Origin: Octopus sinensis
Taxonomy: Eukaryota
Direction: 5' to 3'
Assembly (NCBI RefSeq): GCF_006345805.1
Contig: NC_043000.1
Span: 115,630,001 to 115,694,000 of the forward strand
Length of the DNA stretch: 64,000 bases
Both the position numbers and the translations under genes were made by a program. Under the pieces are notes generated by a model. It saw only the letters and a list, made by a program, of their open reading frames with translations, was not told the DNA's origin and searched no databases. Position 1 is the stretch's first letter. The number at the start of each line of letters is the position of its first letter. This document shows positions 1-12,379 of this stretch, piece after piece.

Positions 1-87
1 CACATTTAGTACATCGCGGATTTTCCTGGCTAATATATATAAATTTGGGGCTAATGCAGTTTCGCACAGCGAGAGTATAAAGAAAAA

Positions 88-372
88 TCGGGGTCGATTA
101 AATAAGTACCAGTTACGCACTGGGATCGATATAATCGACTTAAACCGTTTGTCTGTCCTTGTTTGTCCTCTCTGTGTTTAGCCCCTTGTGGGTAGTACAG
201 AAATAGGGATTTCATCTGTCTTTATGTTCTGAATTCAAATTCCGCCGAAGTCGACTTTGCCTTTCATCATTTCGGAGTCGATAAATTAAGTACCAGTTGC
301 GTACTGGAGTCGATCTAATCGACTGGCCCCATCCACCCAAATTTCGGGCCTTGTGCCTAGAGTAGAAAAGAA
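88..372 (+). mobile_element. SINE family A (tRNA-derived), partial head-to-tail dimer
   Basis: Body gactttgcctttcatc...gataaattaagtaccagttgcg and tail ...gccccttgtgggtagtacagaaatag; the same sequence recurs many times across the window. Confidence 0.75.
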
Positions 373-987
373 TAAGCACACACGCTGATTCTACTTCACT
401 CCTTTTTTTGTTGACTACATATTCCAGCCATTTGACTGCGGCCTTGCTGGGGTACCACCTTACTCAGTTTTAGTACAACAATTGACCACAGTAATTATTT
501 TTTGAAGTCTCTTATTCTATCGGACCTCTTTGCCAAACCGACATGTTACAGGGACATAAACAAAGCAACAATGGCTACAATAGAAGACACTCGAAATCAC
601 ATGGTTGCAAAGCGGGTGTTTTAGTTAGTTAATTAATTCTTTGGCTCAAAAAGCAAAAAGCAAGGCCATGTAGGGGGACATGGAGTTATGTACAGGGTGG
701 TGTTCAGGTAAAGTGTTCAGGCCACTTGTGGTCAAGGGAGACTTTGAACCGAGCGGTCGTCGGCATCTTCACCATCTCGTCCGGCAGCTTATTCCACGGA
801 TCCGCAACCCGGACGGAGAAAGCCCCTCTTCTTCGATTGAGATGAAATCGTCGCAGATAGAGCTTTTCGGAATGACCCCACAGCCGACGCTCTGGAGCAG
901 GAGTGAAGAACAGCTCTTTCGAGAGGTTACACTTTTCGCTTATAATGTTGTGAGCAAGAATGAGATCACCACGGCGTCGTCGTTTTT

Positions 988-1929
988 CTAGAGAATAAAG
1001 GTCAGCCTTTCTTCATAAGACAAATTCTTGAGACCAAGGACCATGCAGGTAGCCAGCTTCTGAACTCTTTCGAGATGCTGTATGTCTTTGAGGAGATAAG
1101 GAGAAGAGGCTTGAATCCCGTACTCCAATATGGGTCTCACCAGCGTGACATAGGGCGGTAGGAATATGGCTGCTGTGAGCATTCCGAATGACCGTCGAAT
1201 CAAGAACAGAACTCCGCGTGCTTTGTTGGCAGCATGGACGCACTGGGCCGAAGGCGAAAAGGAGGAATCCACCAGGATACCCAGGTCCTTTACCTGATCG
1301 GTCCTCTCCAGCAGCAGACGACCCGGCTCGAAATCAAGTTGAGTTGCAGGAGGAGAGCCAACAGGCAGATGACAGCACTTTGACACGGTCAGACACAGGT
1401 CCCATTCGTTAGACCATCTCCAAATTTGGTGGAGGCATCGACGAAGATCCTCTATATCACCGCGAGGAGCGACCAGTTTGACATCGTCGACAAATAGAAG
1501 GGTGTGTTGCGTGAGGTCGTCGGGCAAGTCATTTATGAAGACTAAGAACAATAAGGGCCCAAGCACTGAACCTTGGGGCACGCCACTGCTTGCACTGGAG
1601 ACGTCGGACCGCGAACCATTAACTTGGACTTGGAAGGAGCGATCTGAGAGGAAGGCACCAACCCATCGTAAAATATCCGGATGGAAACTATATGCTTGAA
1701 GCTTGACAAGTAATAGGCGGTGGTTTACCGAGTCAAAAGCTTTGGCAAAGTCCAATAAAACGATGTCAACAGCATCACTATCATCGAGGATGCGCGTCAC
1801 CAATTCTTCCATTACCAGTAAGTTGGTCAAGCATGATCTCTTCGGCACGAAGCCGTGTTGGGAATCAGAGATAGAGGCTGTGTTTTGGAGGTGGAGCATC
1901 ATACTTTTCTTAAGGATGGTTTCGAACAT
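988..1929 (-). pseudogene. Reverse transcriptase domain fragment of the CR1 ORF2
   Basis: 313-aa open stretch with all core RT motifs. YADD-equivalent reads FVDD. The frame is broken upstream by a 16-bp tandem duplication at 1958-1989 and downstream at about 990. Confidence 0.9.
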
Positions 1930-2830
1930 CTTGCTGATTATTGATGTAAGGGAAACCGGTCGGTAGTTAAGCGGGTCGGTAGTTAAGCGGGTCTTCGCGG
2001 CTCCCTTTCTTGAAAATTGGGCAGATTATCGCTGTTCTCCAGTCTGCAGGTATAACACCCGTCGCCAATGACATATTGAATAGACGTGTTAAGGGCTCGC
2101 AGATGACCGGAGCCAACGCTTTGATAACCCGTGGGTGTATGCCGTCAGGGCAGTGACCCTTGTTGACATCGAGGCCTTGAATAACGCGTTCGACTTCGTC
2201 CCGCGTGATGACCAATCGAAGCATTGGAGGTACCGATCTATCAAAGGAGGGGGTTCATGACCATCATCTTGTTTGAAAATAGTTGAAAAAGCCTCGGCAA
2301 ATAATTGACTCTGTTGATAAGGGTCCTCAATCGATACGCCTGTTGAGTCTACGAACGTTGCAATTTGGTTGTTCAAGCGGGAATTCCGTTGGACATGGGC
2401 AAAGAAGGTTTTTGGATTGCTACTGGCGTTTGCCGCGATTTTGTATTCATATCTGAAGCGTTCTTCCTTTTCAGTTTTCACGGCTCGGTCTCGTTGAGTT
2501 TTGTACACCTCAAAAGCTGCAGTCGAATCCAGATTTTTGAATTCAGCCCAAGCAATATCTCTGAGTCGAAGTTCTCGTTTAACCTTCTTCGTCACCCAGG
2601 GCTTGTGTTTCTTCTTCTTGGGAAGCCCAAACGGGAAACTTGGTCAGTCAACCAGATTACATATGCTTTGAGGGATGACCATAGTTCGTCAACTGAGGAC
2701 AACGTCATCAGGGATCGCCAGTCCAGAAGCGCGGAAGCCTCGGTTAGAATTTCAAGATTAATTGCAGAGAAGACTCTACGTGGCAGCGAAGTAGTTGTGG
2801 GCGTAGAAAAAGTTGTGTGCATGACGAACT

Positions 2831-3554
2831 TCAGGACCGCATGATCACTCTTGGCAAGAGGGACACACACAGATACGTCTGACACTGATCTTGGATAGCG
2901 GGAGAATACCAGATCCAGCATAGATGGCTGCTGCCCAGACCGATGCCTTGTCGGATATTCAACATGTTGCGATTGAAACAATCTTCAGCCACGTCAAGAA
3001 GGGCCTGGCCGAACCGGGAAGATGATGTACAAATTGATACGGGCCAATCGATCGTGGGAGCGTTGAAGTCTCCTAATATCAAACAGTCATGAGAAGCTGA
3101 CACGAATCTTATCGCTTCGAGTAAATGAGCATCGTCCTGGGGGTCGGCAAGAGGCAGCCTGTAGACAGCTAACACGGGCAGGCAAAACCCGGATAGGCTC
3201 AGCTTGAAATAGACGGCATCGACTTTTGTTGCAGGTTGAGCATTAGTGGGTAGAATACACAGCAACACCTCCACCTCGCTTTTTTTCTCTGTCACATCTG
3301 AAGAGGGCGTAGCCCTTTAGGTGGATTTCTGAGTCCTTTACTTCTGGAGTCAGCCAAGTCTCGGTGATAGATATCACATCAGGGGAATCACGCATTGCCA
3401 GTGTAAATAGTTCGCTGAACTTTGGAAATAAGGAGCACGAGTTGGTATAGACGATGCTGAGCTGTGAAGTTTGAGGGGCGGGAATTGGGGAACAAGCAGA
3501 ATAATGGGTATCAGGGATAGCATCGTTGACGGGGGTATCTACTGTTCTAAACAC
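2831..3554 (-). pseudogene. APE (AP-endonuclease) domain fragments of the CR1 ORF2
   Basis: ORFs 3243-3554 and 2831-3295: YTNSCSL, PDVISITETWL, RCDR..RGGGVAVY, VYR.P, ILGDFNAP.IDW. Confidence 0.88.
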
Positions 3555-3640
3555 TTAGCCACGCCTCCCCCACTAATTAAGAAAGTAATTAAATCATAAT
3601 TCCATTTCCATGATTGGTTTTCTTTTAATGTATTGAAGAA

Positions 3641-3980
3641 GGCGGTGAGCTGGCAGACACATTAGCACGCCGGGCGAAATGCTTACCAGTATTTCGTCCG
3701 TCTTTACGTTCTGAGTTCAAATTCCGTCGAGGTCGACTTTGCCTTTCATCCTTACGGGGTCGGTTAAATAAGTACCAGTTACGCACTGGCGTCGATATAA
3801 TCAACTTAATCCGTTTGTCTGTCCTTGTTTGTCACCTCTGTGTTTAGCTCCTTGTGGGTAGTAAAAAAAAAATATTGCTAACACGCTGGGCAAAATGCTT
3901 AACGGCATTTCGTCCGTCTTTACGTTCTAAGCTCAAATTCCTCCGAGGTTGACTTTGCCTTTCATTATTTCGGGGTTGCC
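3641..3980 (+). mobile_element. SINE family A, near full copy plus partial second copy
   Basis: Head ggcggtgagctggcaga...ttagcacgccgggcgaaatg, B-box-like gagttcaaattcc, standard family A tail. Confidence 0.8.
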
Positions 3981-4375
3981 AATTTGCGTAATTTGCTAGA
4001 ATATATAAAAGAATGTAGTTTCCTAATTTTTTGACTGATTTTGTACATTCCTAATTTAAAATGTTGGTGTTGATCTGGGAACATCGTAATCAATATGGCG
4101 CTATGTCGTATTGCGCCCTCCTTGCATATACCAATGGGTACATGTAATATTACTAATCTCAGTCTGAGCATTGGTACCTATAGTTAGCTCCATATAAAGA
4201 TGGTGCTCAGTTGATCTATGAGGATGGTGATGGGAGGAATGTGGTGCTTATGTGAGACCTATGCTGTATTCACAGAGTAGCATACACCATTCCATGCCTG
4301 ACTGGCTGTACTGTAGTAATACACAGTATGTCGATTTTCATGGTGAGCTCTGATTGGCTGTATGCAAATGAGTTC

Positions 4376-4708
4376 ATAACTTATGTCTACCACCCAGGAT
4401 AGCACCCGTATTAAAGTAGATGATACACGAAGTCTAATATGTCCCCCGGATCGACTAAGACTTTGTGAGTGAATTTGATGGAAACTGTGTGGAAGCTCAT
4501 CGTGTATGTGAGTGTGTGTCTTTGTGTCTGTGTTTGCCCCATCACACACACCGTTTGACAACTGATGTGGGTGACGATCCGTAGCCTAGCTGTTCGACAA
4601 AAGTCACTGATAGAATAACCACCTAACTTTAAAAACAAGTATTGAGTCCGATTTAGTCAGCTAAAACCCTTCAAGGCGGTGCTCCAGCGTGGCCGCAGAC
4701 CAATGGCT
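4376..4708. repeat. Left arm of a local inverted duplication (templated insertion)
   Basis: Reverse complement of 5220-5616, sharing private non-SINE sequence (ttatgtctaccacccaggatagcacccgtattaaagtagatgatacacg). Flanked by a ~34-bp direct repeat at 4348-4381 and 4707-4740. Confidence 0.85.
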
Positions 4709-5219
4709 CTGATTGGCTATATGCAACTGAGTTCATAACTGGTGTCCAGAACTCTCAAAGGAAAAAAAAAAAAGAAGAAAAAAAAAACAAAATCGCGGCC
4801 CACAAGGTAGGGTGCCTGTCGCAGCGAGTGTCACTGGCCCCATTGTCTGCGGCATCGCCTTTGCATTCATGTCCACAAAGCGTGGTTGAACAAACCATTT
4901 GTTCTGCAGTGTACAACTCGTGACCCCTCACCAACATCTTCCGCCTTGATGTTTTATACTTTTAATGAGTATTTTCCTTTTCTTCCTGTAAAAATGTTAT
5001 TAATAAAAATGTGATTCATATATGGAAGAGAAAAGACTTAAAGAGTTACTTCCCATGTACTTATGCTGTTTATTTGTCAGTATAAGTTGTCTCCCCTGCA
5101 TCAGTATTTCGTTAATCCCATTCATCGCTATTATTAAACCGTTTGCCAAGTGTTGAGTTCATACTTCCCGCATTATTGCTTTTTACGATGCATTATTACT
5201 TTTATATTTTACTTGCTTC

Positions 5220-5401
5220 AGCCATTAGACTGCGGCCACGCTGGAGCACTGCCTTGAAGGGTTTTAGCTGACTAAATCGGACTCAATACTCATTTTTAAA
5301 GTTTGGTAGTTATTCTATCAGTGTCTTTTGTCGAACAGCTAGTCTACGGATCGTAAGCAAACCCACATCGGTTGTCAAACAGTCTGTATGTAGGTGTGTG
5401 T

Positions 5402-5432
<31 letters not shown>

Positions 5433-5616
5433 GTGTGTGTGTGTGATGGGGCAAACACAGACACAAAGACACACACTCACATACATACACGATGAGCTTC
5501 CACACAGTTTCCATCAAATTCACTCACAAAGTCTTAGTCGATCCGGGGACATATTAAATTTCGTGTATCATCTACTTTAATACGGGTGCTATCCATGGGT
5601 GGTAGACATAAGTTAT
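5220..5616. repeat. Right arm (probable donor) of the inverted duplication; mostly an old SINE B copy plus unique flank
   Basis: Reverse-complement match to 4376-4708; longer only by an expanded (GT)n. Confidence 0.85.
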
Positions 5617-5660
5617 CACCTGATTTAATAAGGGTGGTATTCTTGGGTATTAGACTTGTT

Positions 5661-6006
5661 TTTACCTCTTCTCTATTGTTTTCAGTCGCGTTTGTTTGTT
5701 TGTTTGTCCCTGGACAAGATATCTCAAGAACCGCTGGATGGATTTGGATGAAACTTTCAGGGATGCTTGGCCTCATGACTGGCACGAACTGTCCAGTACC
5801 GGACAAGGATTCTGGATTATTTTTCCTGCTTTTTTAAGCTTAATTTTTGAGAGCGGTCGGGTTCACTTTTTAGTACTCTCGGTTGTGAGAGCAGTCGAGT
5901 TTATTTCAGATATTCTCATTAAAAAAAAAAAATCATCTCCGGCTAATCATTGAGAGGGCGTTGGTGTTACCTTGGCGAAGGTTTGCGCTCTCTGATTGCT
6001 CTTGTT
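5661..6006. mobile_element. Helentron-associated non-autonomous element (HINE/DINE-1-like)
   Basis: T-rich start tttacct, short (GTTT)n, gatatctcaagaaccgctggatggatttggatgaaac core, and 3' ccttggcgaaggtttgcgctctctgattgctcttgtt end; matches the known HINE architecture. Confidence 0.65.
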
Positions 6007-6169
6007 TGGTTTAATATGGGTGGTATTCCTGGATGCGAGGCTTAATTGGTGAGTTTTCTCACTATGTGCTTATGAAATGGAGGCAAACCGAAACAAAGAA
6101 CATCATTTGAGTGTGAAAGTTAAAAGAATCATTAATAACCAGCACAAATCGTCAACAATTGAGAATAAA

Positions 6170-6470
6170 TGTGATCACGCGATCGACTAGACTATCGGAT
6201 GTTGTAGTACAACGCTGGTCACAATGCGCTTTGCATAGTTATAGCTTTCGAACGATGCCACCCCCTGGTTAGGTAAGGAGGTCAACATCCCGCCTGATAG
6301 GAAGGCTATTTTATCGCAGGGTGGCCCATTTACAGCTGAGTGGAGTGGAGCAGTGTAAAATGAATATTTTTTTTATCAAAAACACAACGTGCCGCTCGGT
6401 CCGGGAATCGAACACACGATCTAACGATCTCGAATGTAACATCCTAACCTCTAGGCTACGCACCTTCACG
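6170..6470 (-). mobile_element. SINE family D (tRNA head, CORE-like central domain)
   Basis: Minus-strand head gtgaaggtgcgtagcctagaggttagg...gttcgattcccggaccg and central cactccactcagctgtaaatgg. Related copies at about 13770-14048 and 21705-22036. Confidence 0.7.
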
Positions 6471-6475
6471 CACCT

Positions 6476-7461
6476 TCAGTCTGGGGAGTTAGGTGGTCAC
6501 ATATTAGGGGTAATGTGATTGCAGAAATTGTCTGACAGCCATGACTGGGTTCTCATGCTTGTGTGGCATGGTGCAGAATCCTGTTGCCAGACATAGGGTC
6601 TTCCATCAACCACCCTCTTGACCCAGGGCAGCACTACCTCCTCCAGGCACTTGATGTAGGCTTCCATGTTGAGTCTGAGGCTGTGTGGGAAGATGAATGG
6701 AGGCATAGCGTCACCATCACTAGTGATCACTCCAAACACCATGATATTAACTGGATGTTTGATTTTTATCACACTCGGTACATGTTTTGGGGACAGGGCA
6801 AGCCAACGGTTGTTCTGTGTGTTCTCCATCTGATCCTGACAGAAATTTTTCTTGTCTGAGAAAAACCAAAATATGTTCGGTTGGAGGGGATGCTTGAGTT
6901 TGTTCAGAAGCTTCGTAGTGCGGTCTTTTCTCTTGTCCTTGACGGCTTTGGATAAAAATTGGCCCTTTCTCATCTTGTATGAGGAATATCAAATGTCTTC
7001 ATGCACTACCTGCCTGATAAGAAACTCAGACACTCCCATGTCCCTGGCGATGGACCTGATTGACTTGGAGGGATCGTTGTCATTCATGGCCTGGATCTCA
7101 CCAAAAAATTCTGGAGTTTTTTTCCTATCAGAACGATCAAAGTGAGTTTTCCGAGCTACCGTACCTTTGTAATAACCATCAGACTCATCCAACTCTTTCC
7201 GAATCCTCTGCACTGTTCTCAAATTGCAACTCAAACACTCTGAAATGTTCGTATTGGAGCTTCCGGTTCGAATGCCAAGCAGTACAGCATGTCGTTTCCA
7301 AATTTCTGGCAGAGCGAATTGCGTCATGGTGCTGTTTTTCTCACAGACGGTGCCCAACTGACCCTACTATACTTTGTTGTCGACAAAATCAAACACAAAC
7401 AATGCGTATGCGCGATATTAAAAATATAAAATATCGACGGTTTACCCGTTTTCGCACCTGG
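6476..7461 (-). mobile_element. Tc1/mariner-superfamily transposon (likely maT/DD37D-type), frameshifted and 3'-truncated
   Basis: HTH ORF 6989-7357 and DDD ORF 6497-6973 (FFSD, IMVFGVITSDG, WQQDSAPCH, then NM*PPNSPD from WPPNSPD). One TIR-like end adjacent to TA at 7462-7463. The third catalytic D is missing, so family spacing cannot be counted. Confidence 0.88.
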
Positions 7462-8273
7462 TATATCACCTGGTTTCTCTTCGTTGAACATCGTAGGTTA
7501 CACTGATTGATCGTATTTCTGCTATGTCGTTTCAACGAAGGTTTGTGTTGCTTTTGTCACTGTATACAAAAGATTAATCACAATGTGTATAGCAGTATCA
7601 ATATTAGGACTTAATGAAGTCATTTATTATTTTATGCTTTGTGTACTTACGATAATATCTAATATGTATAATTAATACTAATGTATATATATGAATGCGA
7701 GAAAAATGCCCCCCGTCCAATGGACGGTGCTGAGTTGTCAAACATTTAAACCAAATTTTCTCAAAACAACTTGTCCGACCGTCCCATAGCCCCCCCCCGA
7801 GAAACACTGATTTAACCTAAATTTGAGACACCAGCAAAAGAAGAAATAAAGATAGACTTTTTTTTCTATTCCAAAGAAAAATGATTTTATTCACTTTATC
7901 GATCGCATTCTCACCTGGAAATGAGAGCTGCAAATTCAAGGACTGTACCACACTGTTTGACGCGCTTCCGCACAGTTTCCTCCTACCCAATTTCATCTTT
8001 CGAAAAGAAATGATAAAACACGCTTGTTGAAGATACCGCGCAGTTAGATCGAACCTGAGGCCCGTGGTTTTCGAAGTGCTTTCCTTAACTATTTGGCCGT
8101 GTTGTTAATATTGGGTTGGATGTGTGTATATTAAGATTAATAGTGTGTGTGTGTATGCGTATGTATGTGTGTGTATATGTGTATATGTAAGTGCCTGTGT
8201 ATGTGTATATATGTGTAAGTGCAAGTGTGTGTGTGCGTGTATGTGTGCGTAACTATATATGTATATGTATATG

Positions 8274-8315
<42 letters not shown>

Positions 8316-8904
8316 CCGCTTGTATGAGTGTATTTGTGTGTGTGTGTAATCGTATGTATATATGCGTATGTTTATGTGTATGTGTGTGTAACTATATATA
8401 TGTACACATACACACACATATTATATCCGCTTGTATTAGTGTATATGTTTTTGTGTGTAACTGTATGTATATATGTGTATGTATGTGTGTATGTATGTAT
8501 GTGTGTGTGTGTAACTGTATGTATATATGTGTACGTATGTGTAACTATATATAGGCTTATATATATCCACGTGTATGTGTGAGTGTGCACGTGTGAGTGT
8601 GTGTGTGTGTGTATGGATATGTATGTGTGAGCTTTGTGTGTGTGTGTGTATGTAGACTAGTGCGTTATTATATCCATTGCATGCATAAGATGGCGGCCGC
8701 ACCTCTCCACTAATTAGAAAAAGTCAAAGCCGTTTGGTCTGGGCCGTGGACTGCAGGAAACCTAAGCATCCAATGTTGGGAATCTTCGAACAGCCGATCG
8801 TCACGTTTCTCATTTCATTCCTTAAACAAGTAAAACAATTTAATAAAGTCACAATCTTAATGATATCTTCGCCAGTTGACAATAACTTCCTGTCCCTTCG
8901 CGTG

Positions 8905-8909
<5 letters not shown>

Positions 8910-8938
<29 letters not shown>

Positions 8939-9077
8939 TACATATATATATATACATACATATATACATACACATATATATATATATACATGCATACATA
9001 TATACATACATTCATACATACATACATACATACCTACATACATACATACATACATACATACATACATACCTACATAC

Positions 9078-9175
<98 letters not shown>
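8910..9175. repeat. Compound (CA)n/(TACA)n/(TA)n microsatellite
   Basis: Direct reading. Confidence 0.95.
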
Positions 9176-9377
9176 CGGGAAGCTTTATGAAAATAACAAA
9201 AGACGAAGGCAGGTGGAAGACAAACGACAATTGTATTAGTATGGCGCTCAGAAATATAAATAAAACAAGTCTTTACGTTTCGAGCCTACGCTCTTCAACA
9301 GAAGATACACAGAGAGAGAAAAACACAGAAAGAAGGAGAGAAAAAAAATGCTGTGCAGTAGCTAGATCAACATGGCG
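9176..9377 (-). mobile_element. Penelope-like element terminal fragment with a hammerhead-like motif
   Basis: Embedded between (TA)n runs; minus strand 9270-9305 reads tctt CTGTTGAA GAGC gtag GCTC GAAAC GTA aaga. Confidence 0.55.
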
Positions 9378-9641
9378 ATATATATATGTTGTATGTATGT
9401 GTGTGCGTGTGTGAGTGTGTGTGTAAGTCTCATTTACTTAAGTAGGCACGTACAATGAAACTGTCCAATTGCATAGATTAGGAATACGGATAGAAACAGA
9501 TTTGGTAAAAGAAAACTGTAGGACTGAATTATATACGTCTATCAATGAAGTAGGCGTGAACATACGTCATATGGTGAACCAAGAGATCTTTTTTAAAAAG
9601 TGAATTACACCCTTTGTGAGATTAACCAATCGGTATCCAAG

Positions 9642-9675
<34 letters not shown>

Positions 9676-10199
9676 ATGTATGTGTGTGCGTGTGTGAGTG
9701 TGTGTGTAAGTCTCATTTACTTAAGTAGGCACGTACAATGAAACTGTCCAATTGCATAGATTAGGAATACGGATAGAACAGATTTGGTAAAAGAAAACTG
9801 TAGGACTGAATTATATACGTCTATCAATGAAGTAGGCGTGACATACGTCATATGGTGAACCAAGAGATCTTTTTTAAAAAGTGAATACACACCTTTGTGA
9901 GATTAACCAATCGGTATCCAATATATATATAATATATATATATGTGTGTGTGTATGTATGTGTGTGCGTGTGTGAGTGTGTGGTAAGTCTCATTTACTTA
10001 AGTAGGCACGTAACATGAAACTGTCCAATTGCATAGATTAGGAATACGGATAGAAACAGATTTGGTAAAAGAAAACTGTAGGACTGAATTATATACGTCT
10101 ATCAATGAAGTAGGCGTGAACATACGTCATATGGTGAACCAAGAGATCTTTTTTAAAAAGTGAATTACACCCTTTGTGAGATTAACCAATCGGTATCCA
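9378..10199. repeat. Tandem triplication of a ~280-bp unit
   Basis: Unit (TA/GT microsatellite + gtaagtctcatttacttaagtaggcacg...ccaatcggtatccaa) occurs three times and is nearly identical apart from single-base indels. Confidence 0.92.
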
Positions 10200-10423
10200 A
10201 GAGAGAGAGGAAGGAAAATACTGACATTAAATTAATTAGAACTAATTTAACATAAAATACAGTGGGGGAATAAATCCGATCTTTTTTTAGTCGGACGGTG
10301 TAACTCCGGGCATGTTTCGGCCTTGTCACACCTTATCAGCTTAAAAGTCTACGTGTTATAGGTTTTTACACAACTGGAGATCTATACAGAAACGTAGCCA
10401 ACGAATATTGAGCAGCACACACA

Positions 10424-10464
<41 letters not shown>

Positions 10465-10467
<3 letters not shown>

Positions 10468-10714
10468 CCGGCTATTTCCTCCAACCATTATTCCTGGGAG
10501 GTTCGTGAGAGTAGAATCCTCAAGCATCTCCTCCATAGGGTTCTATCAGAAGCAATCATCATTACTCTTTCTGGCCGGATTTCCAAGCGTGACCAACACA
10601 GTCTATGGATATTATTCAGCCATTTCGTTCTTGGTCTCCTCCTAGGCCGCCTACCAGTTGATTCCGCTTTAATAATCCATCTTGCGAGTCTTTTCGGCGA
10701 CAATCTAACCACAT
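10465..10714 (-). mobile_element. RTE-type LINE 3' fragment
   Basis: Encodes HVVRLSPKRLARWII...GRRPRRRPRTKWLNNI...DRTLWRR*, the RTE ORF C-terminus, followed by a (TG)n tail. Confidence 0.75.
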
Positions 10715-10715
10715 G

Positions 10716-10789
10716 GGCCGGTTAGCTCAGTTGGTTAGAGCGTCGTACTAATTACGCGAATGTCGTGGGTTCGAGCCCCATACTAGCCA
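10716..10789 (+). tRNA. trnI: tRNA-Ile(AAT), probably degenerate or a pseudogene
   Basis: GGCCGGTTAGCTCAGTTGGTTAGAGCGTCGTACTAATTACGCGAATGTCGTGGGTTCGAGCCCCATACTAGCCA. A/B boxes are intact and a T-run terminator follows at 10801-10806, but there are C4:A69 and A31:C39 mismatches and T at position 37. Confidence 0.8.
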
Positions 10790-10806
10790 TATTCTCATAC
10801 TTTTTT

Positions 10807-11197
10807 AGGAGCAGGAGTGGTTGTGTGGTAAGTAGCTTGCTTACCAATTACATGGTTCCGAGTTCATTCCCACTGCGTGGCACCTTGGGCAAGTGTCTTC
10901 TAGTATAGCCTCGGGCCGACCAAAGCCTTGAGAGTGGATTTGGTAGACGGAAACTGAAAGAAGCCCGTCGTATATGTGTATATATATGTATGTGTGTGTA
11001 TATGTTTGTGTGTCTGTGTTTGTCCCCGAACATCGCTTGACAACCGATGGTGCTGTGTTTACGTCCCCGTAACTTAGCGGTTCGGCAAAAGAGAACGATA
11101 GAATAAGTCCTGGGGTCGATTTACTCGACTAAAGGCGGTGCTCCAGCATGGCCACAGTCAAATGACTGAAACAAGTAGAAGAGATAAAAGAGATAAA
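10807..11197 (+). mobile_element. SINE family B (tRNA head, CORE-like ccttgggcaagtgtctt, internal microsatellite, (AAAAGAG)n tail)
   Basis: Near full-length copy of the most abundant family in the window. Confidence 0.85.
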
Positions 11198-12379
11198 ACA
11201 TGGCTGTAGGACCGGAGCCGTGACCTCTCAATACGGAAAAGACAGTCTCCTTCATCTCCGAGCTAGGGAATTATTTTACACTGATCTATAATCCTGCGGG
11301 GATTAGCTTTTCTTTCCATCCTTCCGGGGGTTCCTAAAACAAACCCTTGTGTCCTGGGATTGCTTTAACCCATTAATTCCTTCTTCTAAACATTTCCGGC
11401 GTTGAATCTATGTTAGAAAGTCTTATGATTTACAGACACATTGCTTTCAAATTTTGACACAAGACCAGCAATTTCGAGGTTGGAGTAATTCGGTTACATG
11501 AACCCAGTAATAAACTGGTACTTATTTGATCGATACCGAAAAGATGAAAGGCAAGATCGACCTCGGCAGAATTTGAACTCACAACGTAAAAACGGACGAA
11601 ATGTCGCTAAGTATTTTGCCCGGTGCGCTAACGATTCCGCCAGCTTACCGCCTGATGTATTACACTGATATCACCGTGATTACCGTGACTGACCAGGCTA
11701 TCGAATATTGCTACACATCGCTGGTCACAATGCGCTTCGCATTGTTTTAGCCTTCAAATGACGCCACCCCTCTGACTAAGCGAGCAGGCCAATAGAAGAA
11801 AGATTGAGAGAAAGATGTGGCGAAGGGGTACAGTAGGGATCGCCACTATCCCCTCCCGGAGCCTCGTGGAGCTTTGGGTGTTTTCGCTCAATAAACACTC
11901 ACAACGCCCGGTCTGGGAATCGAAACCGCGATCCTACAACCGCGAGTCCGCTGCCCTAATCACTGGGCCATTGCGCCTCCACATTACACTAATATATCAT
12001 AACTCATGTTTATATCTTGTTTGTTACAGTCACAACATTTCGGTCGTTGTATTCTTCTACCGTCTTCAGGTATCTGTCATATTCGATCAGGATCCAGGAA
12101 TTTCTTACCGAATTCTTAACTAAATCCACGGATATAGATTGCTATTGTTTCGTTGTCCACATCAGGAATATTTGGTTATAATTTATCCAACATACAAACC
12201 CCAAACTCTCATCAGTGTCTCGTGCAATTAGGGTGTTGGGCTCGCGATCATAAGACCATGATTCTGAGATCTGGACTTTATGCCGCCCACAAGCGGGTCA
12301 CTTTATGTCACGTTGCCACAATCCACTCAATTGGCAAAAACGAGTAGTATCTGTTTTTCAAAGGGCCAGTTTTGTCACA

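Larger units (their letters stand above)
621..3556 (-). mobile_element. CR1-clade LINE, 5'-truncated, ORF2 (APE endonuclease + RT) broken by frameshifts
   Basis: Minus-strand ORFs give APE motifs (ITETWL, GGGVAVY, LILGDFNAP, SDH) and RT motifs (QHGF, LDFAKAFD, GVPQGSVLGPLLF, FVDD). The C-terminus reads LEKRRRRGDLI...RGHS-like...FSVRVADPWNKLP, typical of CR1. 3' tail is a short (CTAA/TTAA) repeat at 621-638. Confidence 0.93.

Noticed and set aside
680-991. 103-aa plus-strand ORF and other plus-strand ORFs over 1188-2844
   Set aside because: Antisense shadows of the GC-rich CR1 ORF2.
10312-10342. Further hammerhead-like motif (CTGATAA...GAAACATGC, minus strand)
   Set aside because: G8 and the U of the cleavage triplet are altered and the helices are poor; at best a dead relic.
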